Below, in pieces: positions 48,808 through 63,653 of a DNA stretch of 64,000 bases. Each line of letters begins with the position of its first letter. The stretch's first letter is position 1. The DNA is from Tubulanus polymorphus (lineage: Eukaryota; Animalia; Nemertea), in contig NC_134032.1 of NCBI RefSeq assembly GCF_964204645.1, forward strand, positions 10,590,275 to 10,654,274, in the 5' to 3' direction. The translations under genes were made by a program, and so were the position numbers. The notes under the pieces were generated by a model. The model was not told where the DNA came from and did not search any database. It saw nothing but the letters and a program-made list of their open reading frames with translations.

Positions 48808-51800
48808 TAAATGTCACTGATAATTGTTATACATATTTCATCTATAATTTGTATTTCTTTATTGTTTTATGTCTCCATCTTATTACTCATTGTCCTCTGA
48901 GACTGTTTGTCTGTGTCAGAATGTGTTAATTGTTGTTTGTCTCACTGTCATGTCACTACTCGTCACCTTTGTTTTTGTATCATTTTCCATGTCTCAACCT
49001 GTCTGAATCTGTGTTATATAAATAGCTATGCGTAAAAATTAAGTCAGTTCCAGTTTTGGTATTCCAAACTGATAGTTCGCTCGTTACTCTTTCGCTCTGT
49101 TCCGGATTTCCGACGTCGACCATTCTTCGAGAATAGGACTGAAAATAGCTTTGCTAAAACGGCAAGGGACATGAATATGAATGAGGTCACAGAGAAAACT
49201 ATAGATATTAGATAGTCACAGAGATATCATTAACACAGAGATTTTATGTTATAACTTCGACACCAATAAACAACAACTTTCAATCTAGTCTTGTTCAACG
49301 CTTTTTTTGCAATGATAATCGGAGACATTAATGATACCGGTACACGATTTCCAAGTAAAAATATGTGTGAATGTACGCTCTGGGAGCACCGAAAAGATTA
49401 TTTTGTTCCCAGGAAAAACATTTCGTTCCCGAGAAAAGAAATATTTATTTGTCACCATGTCACCTCACCTCCGGAGCTCGTATCTATGGTGACATAAATG
49501 TATTCATAAAAAAAGTATCAAAAAAAAATTGTGGTCAGAAAAAAGGGCACTCGGAACATTTTTAGCGGGAGGGCTGCGCATCCGCCCCTGTGTGATTGAG
49601 CTGTCTTCGGCGCGGAAACACCCTTCATTTCATAATCATAGTGGCACAGCTTTTCCAGTTCTGATCGATGCTCAGTCTCCCCAGGCGAGAGCAGCGCAGT
49701 GCTGATACCTAACTACACCGCGTGCACGCAGCATGCGCCGCCTGCTCTCCTCGCTTCGCTCACTGTCTGCTGCCGGTTGTCGCAGACGATAATGTAAACT
49801 CACCAGATGTTCCCGAGCGATAAATATATATATACCGCATCATATATTCATACATGAAATATAAAATGGCTTCTAAACAAAGCCTGATTTAATACGAGGA
49901 ATATCTATAGTCTTATAGTGCGATATAATTAGGAATAGAATGATAAATGGACCCGCAGCAGTGGATGCGACCGGCGGCGCGCTGACAGTTTAATGATGGT
50001 TTTTCAAGGTCGTCTGAGCCGCAGACGACACTAGATCTAGTAAGTACAGCAGCCGATATAGTTTCACGGCATTAATTGTTCGTAACGCTATCTGTGTCGT
50101 TGAAATCGTTGACTGTTTCATTACATGTCCGCAGTAATCGAAAATTAACATTGCGTTTGTCATTTATTCTCACTTCGGTATTAAACCGAAACTGGTTTAT
50201 TGCATGTTATTGATACCTTTGCGTACACTATAAGACTATATACGCTAGGATACCTACGTTTGGACCAGTTTTATCTTAAGATTAGAATTTCTGCCGCTAT
50301 ATACGTAGGCCGACCCCAGTCTGTGAAATTGCATCCTGATGATTAGGTTAGTTGTGTATGAAATGTTGGCGGCTAATCTATTGACACGCGTTTATGTCTA
50401 GCTGGGGACTTAGAAAGGGCAGTTCTTTTTACCAAAAAAAAAGATTTTCTCCATTCAAAAATGTGCATAAAATGCACAGTTGTCCAAACGTGAACTGTTT
50501 GCCTCCTAGACGGCTTAACCATTAGAAATCCAAGCCTGCCTGAGTCACTGGCTGCGGTGACCATTTAGCTGGGGTAACAAATAAAGCAAGATTGAAGGCG
50601 TCAAAATGCTCTATTTCACGAAAATGAATACCCTATACCATTATGTTAATAAAAGAGTTTCTAAACAAATTTCCAGAATGACTTTCTAAATCTAACTGAG
50701 GTCGTGAATTCTCGTTTCATTGAAGCTTGTATAGAAAGCATATTTACCGCACAGGCTAGGCAGTGACGGTTGTTTATGTACGCGTTAAGATATAATCCGC
50801 AATTTTTTTACGAATAGACGAATACGTATTCTTCTGCTAAAGGACATACTGAGTCACTGTAGTCGTACGAAAATGTCACTGAAAGTTCAGAGCTGTGTCC
50901 GTGTGGTGCACTGAAGCTTTCATTCAGAGCTTGGAGCTTGGAGATTGACGAGAAAGGTGGAATGCCTGGATACTGATTCATACTCACCACATACCCCCAA
51001 GGCCAATTACTTTTGAGGCTGACACTGGTTTGTCCTTGGGGAGCGCTCAAGCATGTGGAATTGGTTTCTGGGGCCCAAGATGTCATCGACCGCTCACATT
51101 TGAAATACCGTCTCTTGGTTCAATATCGTGGATCGATATCGTTGCCGACACTCCTTAATGCCACTGACAAACGAACAACTGAAGACTCTGCTCTGGCTAT
51201 CGAGTGCTTGTCGTCGGTAAAGATGATAAGCCTGTGGGGTAAGCTCTTTGTTCGACGACGGACGAACACTCCCCGGTTCCGCTCTCCCAGTGGGATCAAA
51301 ATCTAATCAGACCCGATGGATAGGGAATCTATTGGGCTAATGGTAAATGTCGGGAACAGTCTGAACAACGTGGCTATACCTCCATAAATCCTTCTTTAAC
51401 AGCGAAATGAATGGATTCATTGAGGCGGCCATCCTTCCTGGAATTATTAGAAGGATCACATCGGTAATATTGTGGCTATGCTGGAAAAATTGGAAGAATG
51501 TCTGACGATAACACGACGGGATTCTATGAAAGCCAGCTCTTTTGAAGTGTTTTTCTGAAGCAATCAATTTGATGTGAACAATATTGGTGTCTATAAGGGG
51601 TTGTTTCACGATGCCACTGGTTGTAAATTTTTTTTTTTAAGTAATTACGTATGTGCCTCCCCGTTGAAAACATGTTCCTAAGCGACACTTCTATACTCGT
51701 CTGGGACTAATTTCATTGCGCCATCAAGCGCCGCCGAAAAAAAATGGTTAAAGATTTATGATCTTGTGTGACTATGAAAGCTCTCCGGATTAAAGCTGTC

Positions 51801-52074
51801 AACGATAGAAAAACGTTTTAACCCAGGGTTCGGCGCATTGGCCACATTTATAGTTCGAATGACAAATGATGAGACACGAACCTACAGACTATTGAATCAT
51901 ACCGTCCCAGGGACTACATACGGGTAATTCCCCCGAGCGTCTGCGACTGAGATCCCTGGGATCCCGCTCTACCGGCAAACAAAGGCAGTTATAAAAAAAA
52001 CATGCCAATGACTGGCGGTATATTACAATGATTGAAAACTGCATCGAGGGACATATTAAACTCGCACAACTCTA

Positions 52075-52400
52075 TGGACTTTCCGGAGTCGGAGTGAAAA
52101 GAAACCCACACTCCTATGGAACTGGATCCGGAGCGAAATTAGACCCGCATACATGTATTAACTGTGAACCTGGGTTCAGAGTGAAATTAAACCCACACCC
52201 CTCTGGAACGAACTGGACCCAGAGTCAAATCAAACCTGCAAAACTGTGGAACTGGGTTCAGAGTGAAATTGAACCCACGCAACTGTGGGACTGGGAACTG
52301 AGTCAAGTCCACATAACCGTCGAAATAGATCCAGTATGAAATTAAACCCATACATCCGTCGAACTGGATCCAGAGTCAAATTACACCCGCACAACCGTGT
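52075..52400 (+). repeat. ~39-bp degenerate minisatellite, about 8 units
   Basis: Recurrent GAACTGG(A/G)T(C/T)CAGAGT(G/C)AAATT.AACCC. Confidence 0.8.
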
Positions 52401-54052
52401 TGAAATCAAACTGCCACTATTAGCAACTAATCGTCACTTCACCGGATCGTTGAAATAGTCGAGAATAAGAAATTTGCGATGAGCAGCTATCATTAGCAGC
52501 TTCTTATATCCTAGATATGTTCAAATGGGAGAGACTGAGCCCAGGTATAGATACTGAATTCTGTAACGAAAGAACGGCTAGATAAATGTTGAAAGTGAGT
52601 TTTTCCAATTTGTACTTGATAAGCCACACTTAGAACTAGGGGAGGAGGTGTGCCAGTATCTACACTTAATAGACACAACAAAGATACTTATACAAACAGT
52701 ACACACACACACACATATATATATATTTATAACGAGGTATGAATACGTAGCGGGGGAGGGATATATGTAAACTGCTTTTTCCTCGCAGATACAAGGTGGG
52801 TGTTGTGGGTGTACTTTCACTGTAACCGGGGTGGTCCAGTGGTCGTTGAATGGTCCAAGGGTCCATTATGGGTCCAAATCGTGCTAGTGCTGCAGGGTTT
52901 CTTGGTCGACACGGTTCTTTTTCGACTGACCCCGTATGAAAGTTTAAAAGAAGCCCCAGACCTGACAACGATGCCCTGAGATGGTGCTAATTGGGTCGAA
53001 GAAAGTCGGCATTGTTAACTGGTAATTAGCCGTCCATCTGATGAACGAATTTCGACAAAGCTTATCAAGGTTTTTTGGAATTCGTGGAAATGGGAGTCGT
53101 AATTATAGTTACCGCACTCCACTCGCAGTGGTGCGCAGCCTCGAAAAGTTCCCTTAACCGGAAGTGGGCCCAAAATCTCGCTCAGAGTATCGATAAGGCT
53201 TGCACACTTCCGGGAAATTATTGCAAAAGAAGGCGTCTGGTGATGAACAAATATATGAATATGTAGATATCTATGATCAGCGCGTAGCGATACCAATATA
53301 CTGACGATAAATCAGATTTGTTCTACTTTCAGGTTTCCATGGTAACTGATGATATTCCGTGTGCAAAAAGTGCGCGGCACCCGGAGCAATTTTACTTCAA
53401 ATGTCAAACCTTCCTGTCCTCTTCTTCGAATTGGCGCATAACGTTCAAACGGGCTTGCGATTGGTGGACTGATATCTGACAGTCGCAGCGGGCGAAATCG
53501 TCTGCTTGTTTATCGATCGAACTTTCGCTTTTCGGTTTCAACGGACGCAACATCACGTGGGATTAATTTCATATGAATATATTCATAGATATGCGCTACA
53601 ATTATCTAGAGACGGATGTTTTACTTTCAATTAAAAATTCAATTAAACACTGAACCAGTGATATATATGCGGGTGTACGAAAATGAATTCAACACGTAAT
53701 GCGTGATAAGCCTATCATCCATTTTTCCACGCCCTATAGACCATATAGGTTCTCTTTACATTACTACTAGGTGCAACGACAATATACGATAAAAGTAGCG
53801 TGGCGTGAAAAACTGTTCTAGAAATTCTGGATTTTCTGACTATATGTGGACGGCCAATCGGCGGATCGTTCAAAGTTTCTGTGGATTTTTCGCTATGCGG
53901 ACGGGAAATGTACGGGGAAGTTCGAATCCCATTTGCGTGACGTGAATTCATTAGGAATAACTTATTCCCGATAATCGTTTTCTTTAAACAAGTTCCAACT
54001 TGTGTTTTGGATGATGAATCTAAGTGATAGGATATCATGTGTGTACGGCTCA

Positions 54053-57000
54053 ATGATGAAAGCGGTTGGACTGGTCGGTCAGACAACTTGCTTGTTGTTA
54101 GTCGCCTGTTGTTTCTGTTTCGGACTGGTCCGCGCAGCCAGTCGTCAGGGTATAACGCTAGAAAACAACGGCTACCGCGGTGTACTTATCTCCATCCATA
54201 GCGACGTCACGGAAAGCCAGGCTCTGCTGGATGCGATCAAGGTACGTAAGACGGTCACGTGGGATGTTGCCTGCCGCTAATTGGCCCAGTGTTGCTCAAA
54301 ATTACCTTAACTGTAATTTGAATCGCAAAATAACTTTATAAAAACACTTTCAATGATTTCAAGACATATGAATCAAATAATTTGTTTTATTGAGTTGAAA
54401 CAACCTTGAAACAATCTTGATAATGTTCTTACTGTGTAGCCCAAACGCACCCGATATAGCGAAATAAATAAAAAAAAAATTTCATAATTCAAAAAGGTTT
54501 TTCCCTGCCGTGTACGTTGGCCTAGGCAGTCAACGTAGGTCAATTACAATTTCATTTAGCTGCATCCTCAGCCTCTTCCATACAACTTACTGCGGAACTG
54601 GTGATTCAAGCGTTTGCGACCGATTAAGGCCTAGGGTTGCCGTCGAGTCTCGCTCGGCTGTCCTCCACAACAGACGAGATCTACCGCATCTGCTCGCAAA
54701 TAATCATTATTAACCATCCTTGCTTCCCCATATAGCTAGATTATTAGCTATTCTCGGATCTATATCGGTTTGTCTGATTAACTCGTTTATTTGTGCGGAA
54801 AGAATTACATCGATTCGGAAAACCTCCGCGCAACCGAGCATGTACATTTAACATAGCTACCAGCCGATTGCTGGGTCCAGTTTCACAAAAAAACGATTGA
54901 TTAACTGAATTGATGGAGAAATCGAATTAGGAGTTCGATTTTTTATGAACTTTGGTCCTGGGGCCTCTTCCATAGTCGAGAGACTTCATTCCAAGAATGG
55001 TTACAAATCTTAAGTCTGGTCTTGAGCTCATAGATTGGCTTAAGAAATAAGATGATCTAAGCCATGAAAGTATATATGGAACCGGCCCCTGGCAATAGAA
55101 AATCATTATTTTAAAAGTAACTTGATAATTTCAATTGTGTGTAGGATCAATTCACCAAAGCTTCGAAGATACTTTACAAGGCGACGAGAAAGCGAGCTTT
55201 CTTCAAAGAGATAACGATCCTAGTGCCGCCGAACTGGTCCGACCGGCCCGATTACGGTAAAGTATCCACCGAATCACACCAAAGGGCGCAGGTAGTCATC
55301 GAAACGCCGTCTGGCGGTGGAACTCACGGACTGCCGTATACGAAAACGTTCCGCGGGTGTGGAAAACCCGGAAAACTGATCAACATTCCACCGGATTTCT
55401 TCCTGAATCCGGCACTTTACGTAAAAACTCTCGGCCCGCAAGGTACGCAATGCAAAATTCTTAAAATTCAATTTTATCCATATCTTAGTCTAGTACCTAG
55501 CCGTCGTTCTACAAACAACCGCAGGGAACCGCTAACAACGACTGGTAGTGGTATTTAGACTAATCCCTATTCATGAGAAAAAGTTATTTTCAAATCTATC
55601 AAAATTCGTGAAAATCTACTTTCTCTCCTCTGTCTGAATTAATTCATTTGCTATTTTAACAAATGGTTAATTGGTATGAATTGCGGTAGTGTAAACATGT
55701 AATTTTGGTCAAGCTATTTCAGGAAAAAAGGATTTACCAAAAGAAAATGTGTTACAGTGTAACACATTCAATGTGTTACACTGTAACACATTTTCTTTTA
55801 AATAAAATAAAAATTAAAAAAAAATAAAAATCTTACAAAGGGTGTAACTTAAAGTTACACCCTTTGTAAGATTTTTATTTCTTTGTTTACTTTGAGTTAG
55901 TTCTTTTGCTGTATAAGCATTTTGGAAAATGAAAACGTCGCAATGTTCTCAAATTAAATCGTACATTAATTATTAACAACGAGGAAAATCTATTTAAAAG
56001 GTCGAGATAATACACAACTTCCGTGTACGACGATTAGGCAGAAAATTCCTCTTTTCATCGTGAGATTTTCTGCGTTTCTATTCTTGGACGCAGATTAGAT
56101 TGTATTAATCTTTAGTTAAACAACGACGAAAAGCTATTCGGAAAATGATCTATTGTGGGGTTCGATGTTCCGCGAAGATGTTGTACACGGTTCAATGTCT
56201 TCAACTGCAGACATTCGAAAACTATTTTCTTGTGGTGGTGAAGATAAAACGATAAGTCATTATTAAAAACACTCTAGAAAATTATGTGTTATTCAGAATA
56301 ACATGAAACTCGGTTTGCAGGTTGTTATTTACGTATGCACTGAACACAAAAATGATTAAACAAACTTTTATTTACGTTGATGAAGAACTGTTAACTGAAG
56401 TATTAAGGTGGCAATGGTCACCGACCTCGTATAGTCCGTGAGCTGGATGGGCTCACCTGGCATACCCCGTCACTTTTCGATGTTTATAGGCAACCACTAC
56501 ACTTACCGGGTATTCTTGCAGAACCTGTTCTCTAAATGTCGTTAATCGGCCATATTAGTAGGGAGCGTCCGGTGGATTAAGAGAAAATATCTATTTTTTT
56601 CTGTGAAAAAAATTATAATAACGAGATCCCTTTTCTCGTAATCCAGGGGCCATGTGCTCAAAATTTGGTTAAAGATAACCGGCCGATAAATACCATAATA
56701 ACAATGAACTTTCAATTGTCATTATGCCAACCATCCAACGGTTAACTCGTCCTGGGAACATACGTACGTGGCGTTCTTTTTCCTCGTTGAACACTCTATA
56801 GGCGATTTGTTGATGTTATACAGGGCTAAACAGAGGCGGCGTCTCATTTGCACATGTCTATATACTTCAATTACTTGCGGACGATCTTTTTCTAATTCAT
56901 CGGTATCATTTTTCTGCAGCTAAAGTCCTGGTACACGAATGGGCCCACTTGAGATGGGGCCTTTTCGACGAGTACGGCGACGAACCGAACTACGAGTTTT

Positions 57001-60000
57001 ACTTCAGCAATCTACGAGAAACCCAGGAGGCGACGCGTTGCACGTCTCAGATCAAAGGCGAAATCATCAAGTGTCTGCTGCCCGATATCAAATGCAGTAT
57101 TTGTCGCAACGTCGACCCGATCACCGGAACCTACGACACCGGATGCAAGTTTTATCCATTCCTCAGTTCGCCTCAGTCAGGAGTCACCGGTTCGTTCATG
57201 TACAGACAATATGTTAATGAGGTAAATACGGCGACCAATGAAACCCGCTCAAACCGTTGACCAATCAAAACTATTACCAACGTGAAAAAACAGGGTTTGA
57301 AGCCACAACTGCGCAATATTGGGGCCAAAACTGTTCTTATGATCTGTAACGATGTAACTGGGTTCAAATCTGCGGGACTGGCTATAGTGAAATTATATGA
57401 TTGGTTATACAAGTGTGGAGCTGGATCCATATCTATGGAACTTAGACCGGTCTAAACTAGACCGGTCTAATTTGGAACGGTTTTTTTGTCCGTGTGAACG
57501 CTTGGTCCGGTCTAAATTGGACCGGACCAAATTAAGACCGGTCTAAATTTCGTTGTGTGAACGCATCTAGTGAAGCAGGGGGTATAGATGTAAAATCGGG
57601 ATTCGAAACAATGGTAATGGGGTCCGGACCCGTAGAACTTGGCCCAGATCTAAATTTGACTATTTTCAGAGATGTTTAAAAAAAATCTTACATCCTATTT
57701 CTAACCAGATTGTGGAGTTTTGTGATAACGATCCGTCGAACCCGTCCACATTACACAACGTCGAGGCTCCCAGTAAACAGAATCGATTGTGTAATCACCG
57801 CAGCTCCTGGGAGGTGATGCTCACTACGGACGACTTCAAACGCAACCGTAACCCTGCCAGACACCTCGACGAGCGGGACCTAGTGCCGACTTTCAGAATC
57901 GTGAAGGATAAAATGCACCCGTTAGTTTTGGTGGTAGATGTGTCGGGCAGTATGCAGGTAAAACACTTTCGTGCGCGCTATTTATTGTGAGCACAATTTG
58001 AAGTTCTAGATTTGTTGAATGGTAGATATCGCATCTGATTACTTAATTCTTCGTTATCAACTGCTGAACACAATCTTAAATTCTTCGTTTTGATTCTTTC
58101 TAATGCTATATATCGTATTTGAGCCCTCACGAACCTAAAAAGCAGCAGGAATGGTTAGGAGGTTTGGGTATTTTTGATGTCGTAGGGGAATTTTCGTAGG
58201 CAGCTATCTTTCTGGAATGAGGGTCTATAGTAATAATTTAATGATGTCACTTGGGGATTGATGATGTGATAAGGTTTTTACAGCCATATTTTCTGAAAGT
58301 GTCTATAGGGAGAATTAAATGAGGGCATGGGGGCTCATGTAAGCATTTAATGCGCTGTGATAGGGGGGATAAATTGAGGCAGCCATTTTTCTGTACGAGT
58401 TCATGAATAAAAAGATTTTCTTCTCAATTTCTTTTCGCAGAGTGGTGAGAAGTTCATCAGACTGCGCCAAGCAGCAGAATTCCTGATCCGCAACGCAGGA
58501 AACAACAGCGAAATCGGAATCGTCGAATTTTCCGCCTTGTCGAATATTCTGAGTTCACTACGAGTAATCAACTCGGAGGAAGATCGCGAACTTTTACTCG
58601 CGTCTTTACCCAGTGTGCCAGGGGGAGCCACTAGTATCGGCAGCGGATTACGCTCTGCGATGAACGTGAGTCAACGAAACCGTAGATATCGTCAGTTATC
58701 GTTTCTTTTTATTTGTACATTTTCGATAGTTTCACTTAGAAATATCTGACCGAAACCCACAACTACGGGGCCTAATGATAAATGCTGATGAAGTTTTTCA
58801 AAAGTTCAATAGTTTCACTTAGTTATCGTTTTTTTTTTATTTGTACATTTTCGATAGTTTCACCTAGAAATATCTAACGGAAGCACAAATCTACGGGCCT
58901 AATGTTAAATGCTGATGTTGTAGTTTCAAAAGTTGGTTTGTTTATAAGTGACAAAGACTGTCTTTTCCATTTAGTCATTATTTGCCCATTGACTGGTCTC
59001 AGGCCCGTGCTGTGGCAGTAATACCGATATTTACATAAATCATGTTTTCATCTTTTTGAAATGTTCAGTATCTATTTCTTATGTTTCACAGTTATTACGT
59101 CATAAACACGATGATATAAGCGGTTCCGAGTTGGTACTGTTGACAGACGGAGTTGAGAACACCGACCCACTCGTCGAAACCGTTCTTCCTGACGTCCTTG
59201 AGGAAGGGGTCATAGTTCACTCGTTTGCCTTCACCGAGTCTGCCGACTCCCATATGCGCATGCTCGCCGAGACGACCGGTTAGTATTGACCCTTAGACCC
59301 TCTATTCCTAATAGTGATACTCATTTTATGGGGAAAATGAAAAAAAAATATTTCAACTTCCTTAGGGTCTTACAGAGCCACCAACTGCTCCTGATTTTCA
59401 GTATTTGTTTCTGTTTTATAACTGGAAATACTGATTTAATTTGTTTGATGCATACAAAAATATGAAAGGTGTTACTAGAGGTTTTGCTGTTGATTTACTG
59501 ATTAATTTGAACATTTTCTTTCATATTTCAATGAAATATTAGGCCTACTGAAAAAAATCAATTTGTTGCTGATAGTACTTTTCAGAGGTTGGCAGCAAAA
59601 AAGAAACAAACCGTTAGTAGGCTATTGCAATAAGCCTTTTTACAGTTTCCAGGCGCCATTTTTGGGTACCCGCCGAGTCCGCATTGTTGAATTTTTTGTT
59701 CCAATTTTTCCCCGTTTAATACTTTTATTTCGTTCATATCTCTGGATTGGATAAAGATAGAAACAAAATGAAAATATCGATGAACTCAGCTGATATTCTT
59801 TTAAATTATATTACTCAATCATGAAGTTAATGCAACAATGCGCGCTGGTGAAGTTATAAACATTGATATCGTCTTCCCGATAATTCAACTTGAATTATTG
59901 CTCATCTCATTCTTACAAATTTTAATCTAAATTCTTTTAGTTTTCAGGATCAATAGACACCTTTATGTGGTCTTATATTCTTTTTACCGTTTTCAATTAT

Positions 60001-63000
60001 CCGTATTAGTTTTTAAGTAATTGCGAGTCAAACTTCCACGTTACGTGTTATATTTCAATTACTTGAATCATCGGAATTCTTCTAGGTGGGATGTTTTTCT
60101 TCGATCGGAATCAAGGCGACTCGGTGGCGCTGATGGAAGGCTTCGTTGATTTAACCAAACGAACGCAAAACAATGACCCGGATGGGCAAATTCAAATGGT
60201 ATGATGTCACCCAAAATGGCCGCTGTAGATTTCTAAATCCTAGGTTCTTGCACAATGAAGAAAACGTTTTGTAAGAAATGACATCGTATCGATGTCGGAA
60301 TTAATGTTTCTGCATTAAAAGAAATTTGCAGCAAATTACGTTTTAGCATTTCCACATTTTCAGTGTTCATAAACATATTTGAAAATTAACTAACCCTTAC
60401 TCGACTTCGAAATGTGTAACCGAGTTTAGTTGTGCTAGATCTTGTGCTACGTATTTAGCAGTTTCTTTGACACATTTCTGTATATTTCGTATTTATAGTT
60501 GTTCGTCAAATCGAAGGTCCTCTATTCCGAAGAGCTCTGGCAGGAGGTCGTGACCGCCGACCGGGCAGACGGTCGTAACCTCCTTATTTGGGTGGCATAT
60601 TCACGTTTCATGCAACCGAAACACGTGACCATCACGTCACCGTCTGGCTACGTCGTCGAATTGAAAAGCTGCGAGCACGAGAAGGATTTCTACTCGATCC
60701 GGTGCTCGGTACCGGACCCGGCTGAGGTAGAATAGATTTCACGAATTGATAGATTGATAGATTAATAGAATTACTACGTCTGTGTTGTTGCGATTATATA
60801 AGATCCAACGTTGTAAGCAAAGTTACCATTAATATTGCCCACATCCTCGCTTGCCATGGTTTGATTGCCGCTCGCCAAATCTCACGCCAACACAAACCGT
60901 GGCCGTAAACCCTTCATTGGTCTATTACATTGTCCAAGATTTCTTGGCCGGACATGTAAATGAACATTTTCCATATTTAGAAATTTCATAAATCATCAAT
61001 TCTGAAATTTTGTTCAATGGCTAACTACTACTATATAATTATTTTGTAACGGGAAAAAATCCTTGAAGCCAGCTTAAACTTGTTCCATCTTTATAGCCCG
61101 GTGAGTGGACGATATCCGTACAGAACCCGAAAGTTTTCATCGGTCAGAAAATCACCATAACCGTGACGTCAACCGCACGTCGCGATGACGCGGAAACGGT
61201 TCTCGTCGAAACCGAATTGTCGACGACGAAAACAACATGGCCGCCGGATCTGGTGATCTACGCCGAAGTTACCAGAGGTGGCCGACCGGTGCTGGGCATG
61301 GATGTGAAAGCCGAGATACAACGTCCGTTCAAGGAACCCCTGGTTTTACAGCTGAGAGACGACGGAAATGGTAAATTGTCCACGTGAGAATAAAACAGGC
61401 CAGAAAATTCGCTGGAATTATCTACAAAAATGAGATTAATTTCCTGTGCACAAGAAAAAAACATTGAAAAGAATCTGGTGATAGAAAATGTAAATACATG
61501 TATTCTGGGAAAAATCACCCAGAAAAATGTATCCTAAATGAACTAAAATCAAACCCCGTGTTTTGTTTGCGGTAGGTGTTGTGAGTTTTTAACGTAGGCC
61601 TACAAATTGAATTTAATCAAATCACTCAATTAAATAAATAGAGAGGAGATCCTCCCTATTTCAGGGTAAAAAGTCTCCTAGGAAATATATGCATCCTACT
61701 CACTGTTTCAGTGAAAAATCTCGTGTTAGAATCGAGCCCACGGAGCCATCATCGCGTAGCAATAACGTGACATTTAGTCGTACGTGCCAAACTTGTTTGT
61801 ACCAGATAATTGTCTAAATCTGACCTATTTGGTCGATCTGAAGATCGCGCATTAGTGGTCTGTGAAAGAACATCGGTAAGGACTCGCCTTTTGACGAGTA
61901 CTCTCTCTACCAGAGGCTGGTGATCATCTAAAATGATGATTACAATATTGCAGAGGTGCCACGATCACAATGAGCATATATCAATACCGAAATCTAATTC
62001 TATAGGAAAAGGTTATTAGGAAATAAGAATGACACGGAATGTTCAAAATATCTTTCTGAATAGTTTTTGTTATCTCACAGAAAATTGATTTTCTATGAGG
62101 AATATCTTTACAGAGAATTTTCTGGCTCAACCATCATCAATCAATAAATTGTTCAAACTGAATACTTATCTTGCATTTGTGAATAGTTTATAGTTCTACG
62201 GTCGATTGCTCAGTTTTTTACTGCATTTTCTTGTGACTTTTGAAGATGAAGATGTAACTGTAATTAATTCGTTTGTAATACTCTGGCTTTTTAAGGTGGT
62301 GATGTAACGAAATATGACGGAGTTTACTCCAGATATTTTACGGATGTTACTGGTACGGGTCGTTACGGAGTTAGTATCAAGGCAATGCCGCCGCCTAACG
62401 GAACTGTCGTTATGAAAACGACTAAATTCTACCCTTCAGCGCCGGAGAAGGTCGACCCCGATAACCCGGGTATGTAGGCCTAACAGTATATTGGGATATG
62501 TTAAAAAGTTTAAAATCTGCTGAAAAGTTTAAGAGTACAATTCAGGTTGCTTTTTGTAGTTAAAGGTAGATGACCTATTTCATAGATTTTCAGCAATTAC
62601 TTCAAGATACCTATTCATTTGAATCAATATGCAAATAAATAAGAGATTTTATTCCAGTGCTGCCGCCTATCATCAAAATAGAAAGGTACGAGTTAGTTCA
62701 AATGAACGCCAGTAGGGTGGTGACCCCGGGGGCGTTTGAAGTAAAGGACGGAACTTCGAGGAAAGTAACCAAACCGCTATCGTTGGACAAATGGCTGGAA
62801 CGGATGCCCGACGGGCATAAAGACAAAATGTCGCCGGCCAGAATAACGGATTTGATGGCGATAAAGACGTCGGAGAAAAACAGTACAGTCAGACTACAGT
62901 GGACGGCTACAGGCGATGACTTCGATCAGGGAACAGGTAACTATCCGGTGCTCACTTCTTAAAACTTTCGTGAGAATTAGCTGATAAGAGCTAGTAGACG

Positions 63001-63653
63001 GAGAAACGAGGTATCATTTCTTTAGCCCAATTATTTGAATAGAATTATTTGTTTTTCTTTTCTAATTTCTAGCCACAAAGTACGAGATTTACACCGGAAA
63101 CTCGTTCCAACATTTATACAAAAACTCTTCACGCGCGAACTTAGTGTCGCCAGAACAAATCCTCGAAGGGAACCTCAGCGCGCCCTCTATCGCCGGCGAA
63201 ATGGAACACGTGACTATACAGGTACGACGCGTAGGCGGCGTCAAGTCGACGCACGCGTTCAAAGTTCGTGCGGTCGACGACGCCGGAAACGTCGGTGAAT
63301 TTTCGAACATCGTCTCGGTCGGTTTGGGTTCGGTTCCCGATTTATATCGCCATATCCGGGCCGTGTTCGACATGGCCGAGAACAGCACATCGATCGAGGC
63401 CAGCTACCAGGCGTTAGAGTCGAAAATCGCTGAACAAAATACTCACAAATTCCGCGGATTGGAATTCTACCCATACAATCCGGCCGGGTTACTGCTCGGA
63501 TTGTTCTTTCCGATTATCGTACTCGTGGTGTTAGTCGCTATATTCCACTACCGCAAAACCGGAAGTTTGACGGCGTCGTGTAGTTACATTTATCAGCAGA
63601 CGAACACTAGCGACCTTGACCCGGTTACGCCTGACGTTGCGAATACCGTCTGA
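54053..63653 (+). CDS. CLCA: Calcium-activated chloride channel regulator (CLCA family), 12 coding exons
   Basis: Exons 54053-54241, 55145-55442, 56920-57221, 57709-57957, 58441-58665, 59092-59278, 60086-60198, 60499-60726, 61097-61370, 62296-62469, 62658-62936, 63073-63653. Signal peptide, LENNGY, HEWAHLRWGLFDEY zinc-hydrolase motif, VWA DVSGSM/LLTDG, DGVYSRYFT, FN3-like WTATGDDFDQG and a C-terminal TM helix. Confidence 0.93.
55739..55880. repeat. Two adjacent perfect palindromes (30+1+30 and 29+1+29 bp)
   Basis: 55739-55799 and 55822-55880, in CLCA intron 2. Confidence 0.9.
57443..57568. mobile_element. MITE fragment with TAGACCGGTCTA repeats and a GTGTGAACGC end
   Basis: Several palindromic GACCGGTC units. 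Confidence 0.5.
58693..58935 (+). repeat. ~128-bp tandem duplication in CLCA intron 5
   Basis: AGTTATCGTTT..TTATTTGTACATTTTCGATAGTTTCAC..AGAAATATCT occurs twice. Confidence 0.8.

Noticed and set aside
50850-51610. Decayed LINE RT segment or extra exons
   Set aside because: Coding-like composition and a faint YAGKIGRMSDD resemblance, but the frames I read are interrupted by stops and have no solid motif.
51670-51980. tRNA-derived SINE on the minus strand
   Set aside because: Suggestive composition only; no clear A/B boxes and no second copy in the window.
53036-53095. CTGATGA-hairpin-GAAA as a hammerhead
   Set aside because: A stem II-like hairpin exists, but I could not form stems I and III with an NUH cleavage site.
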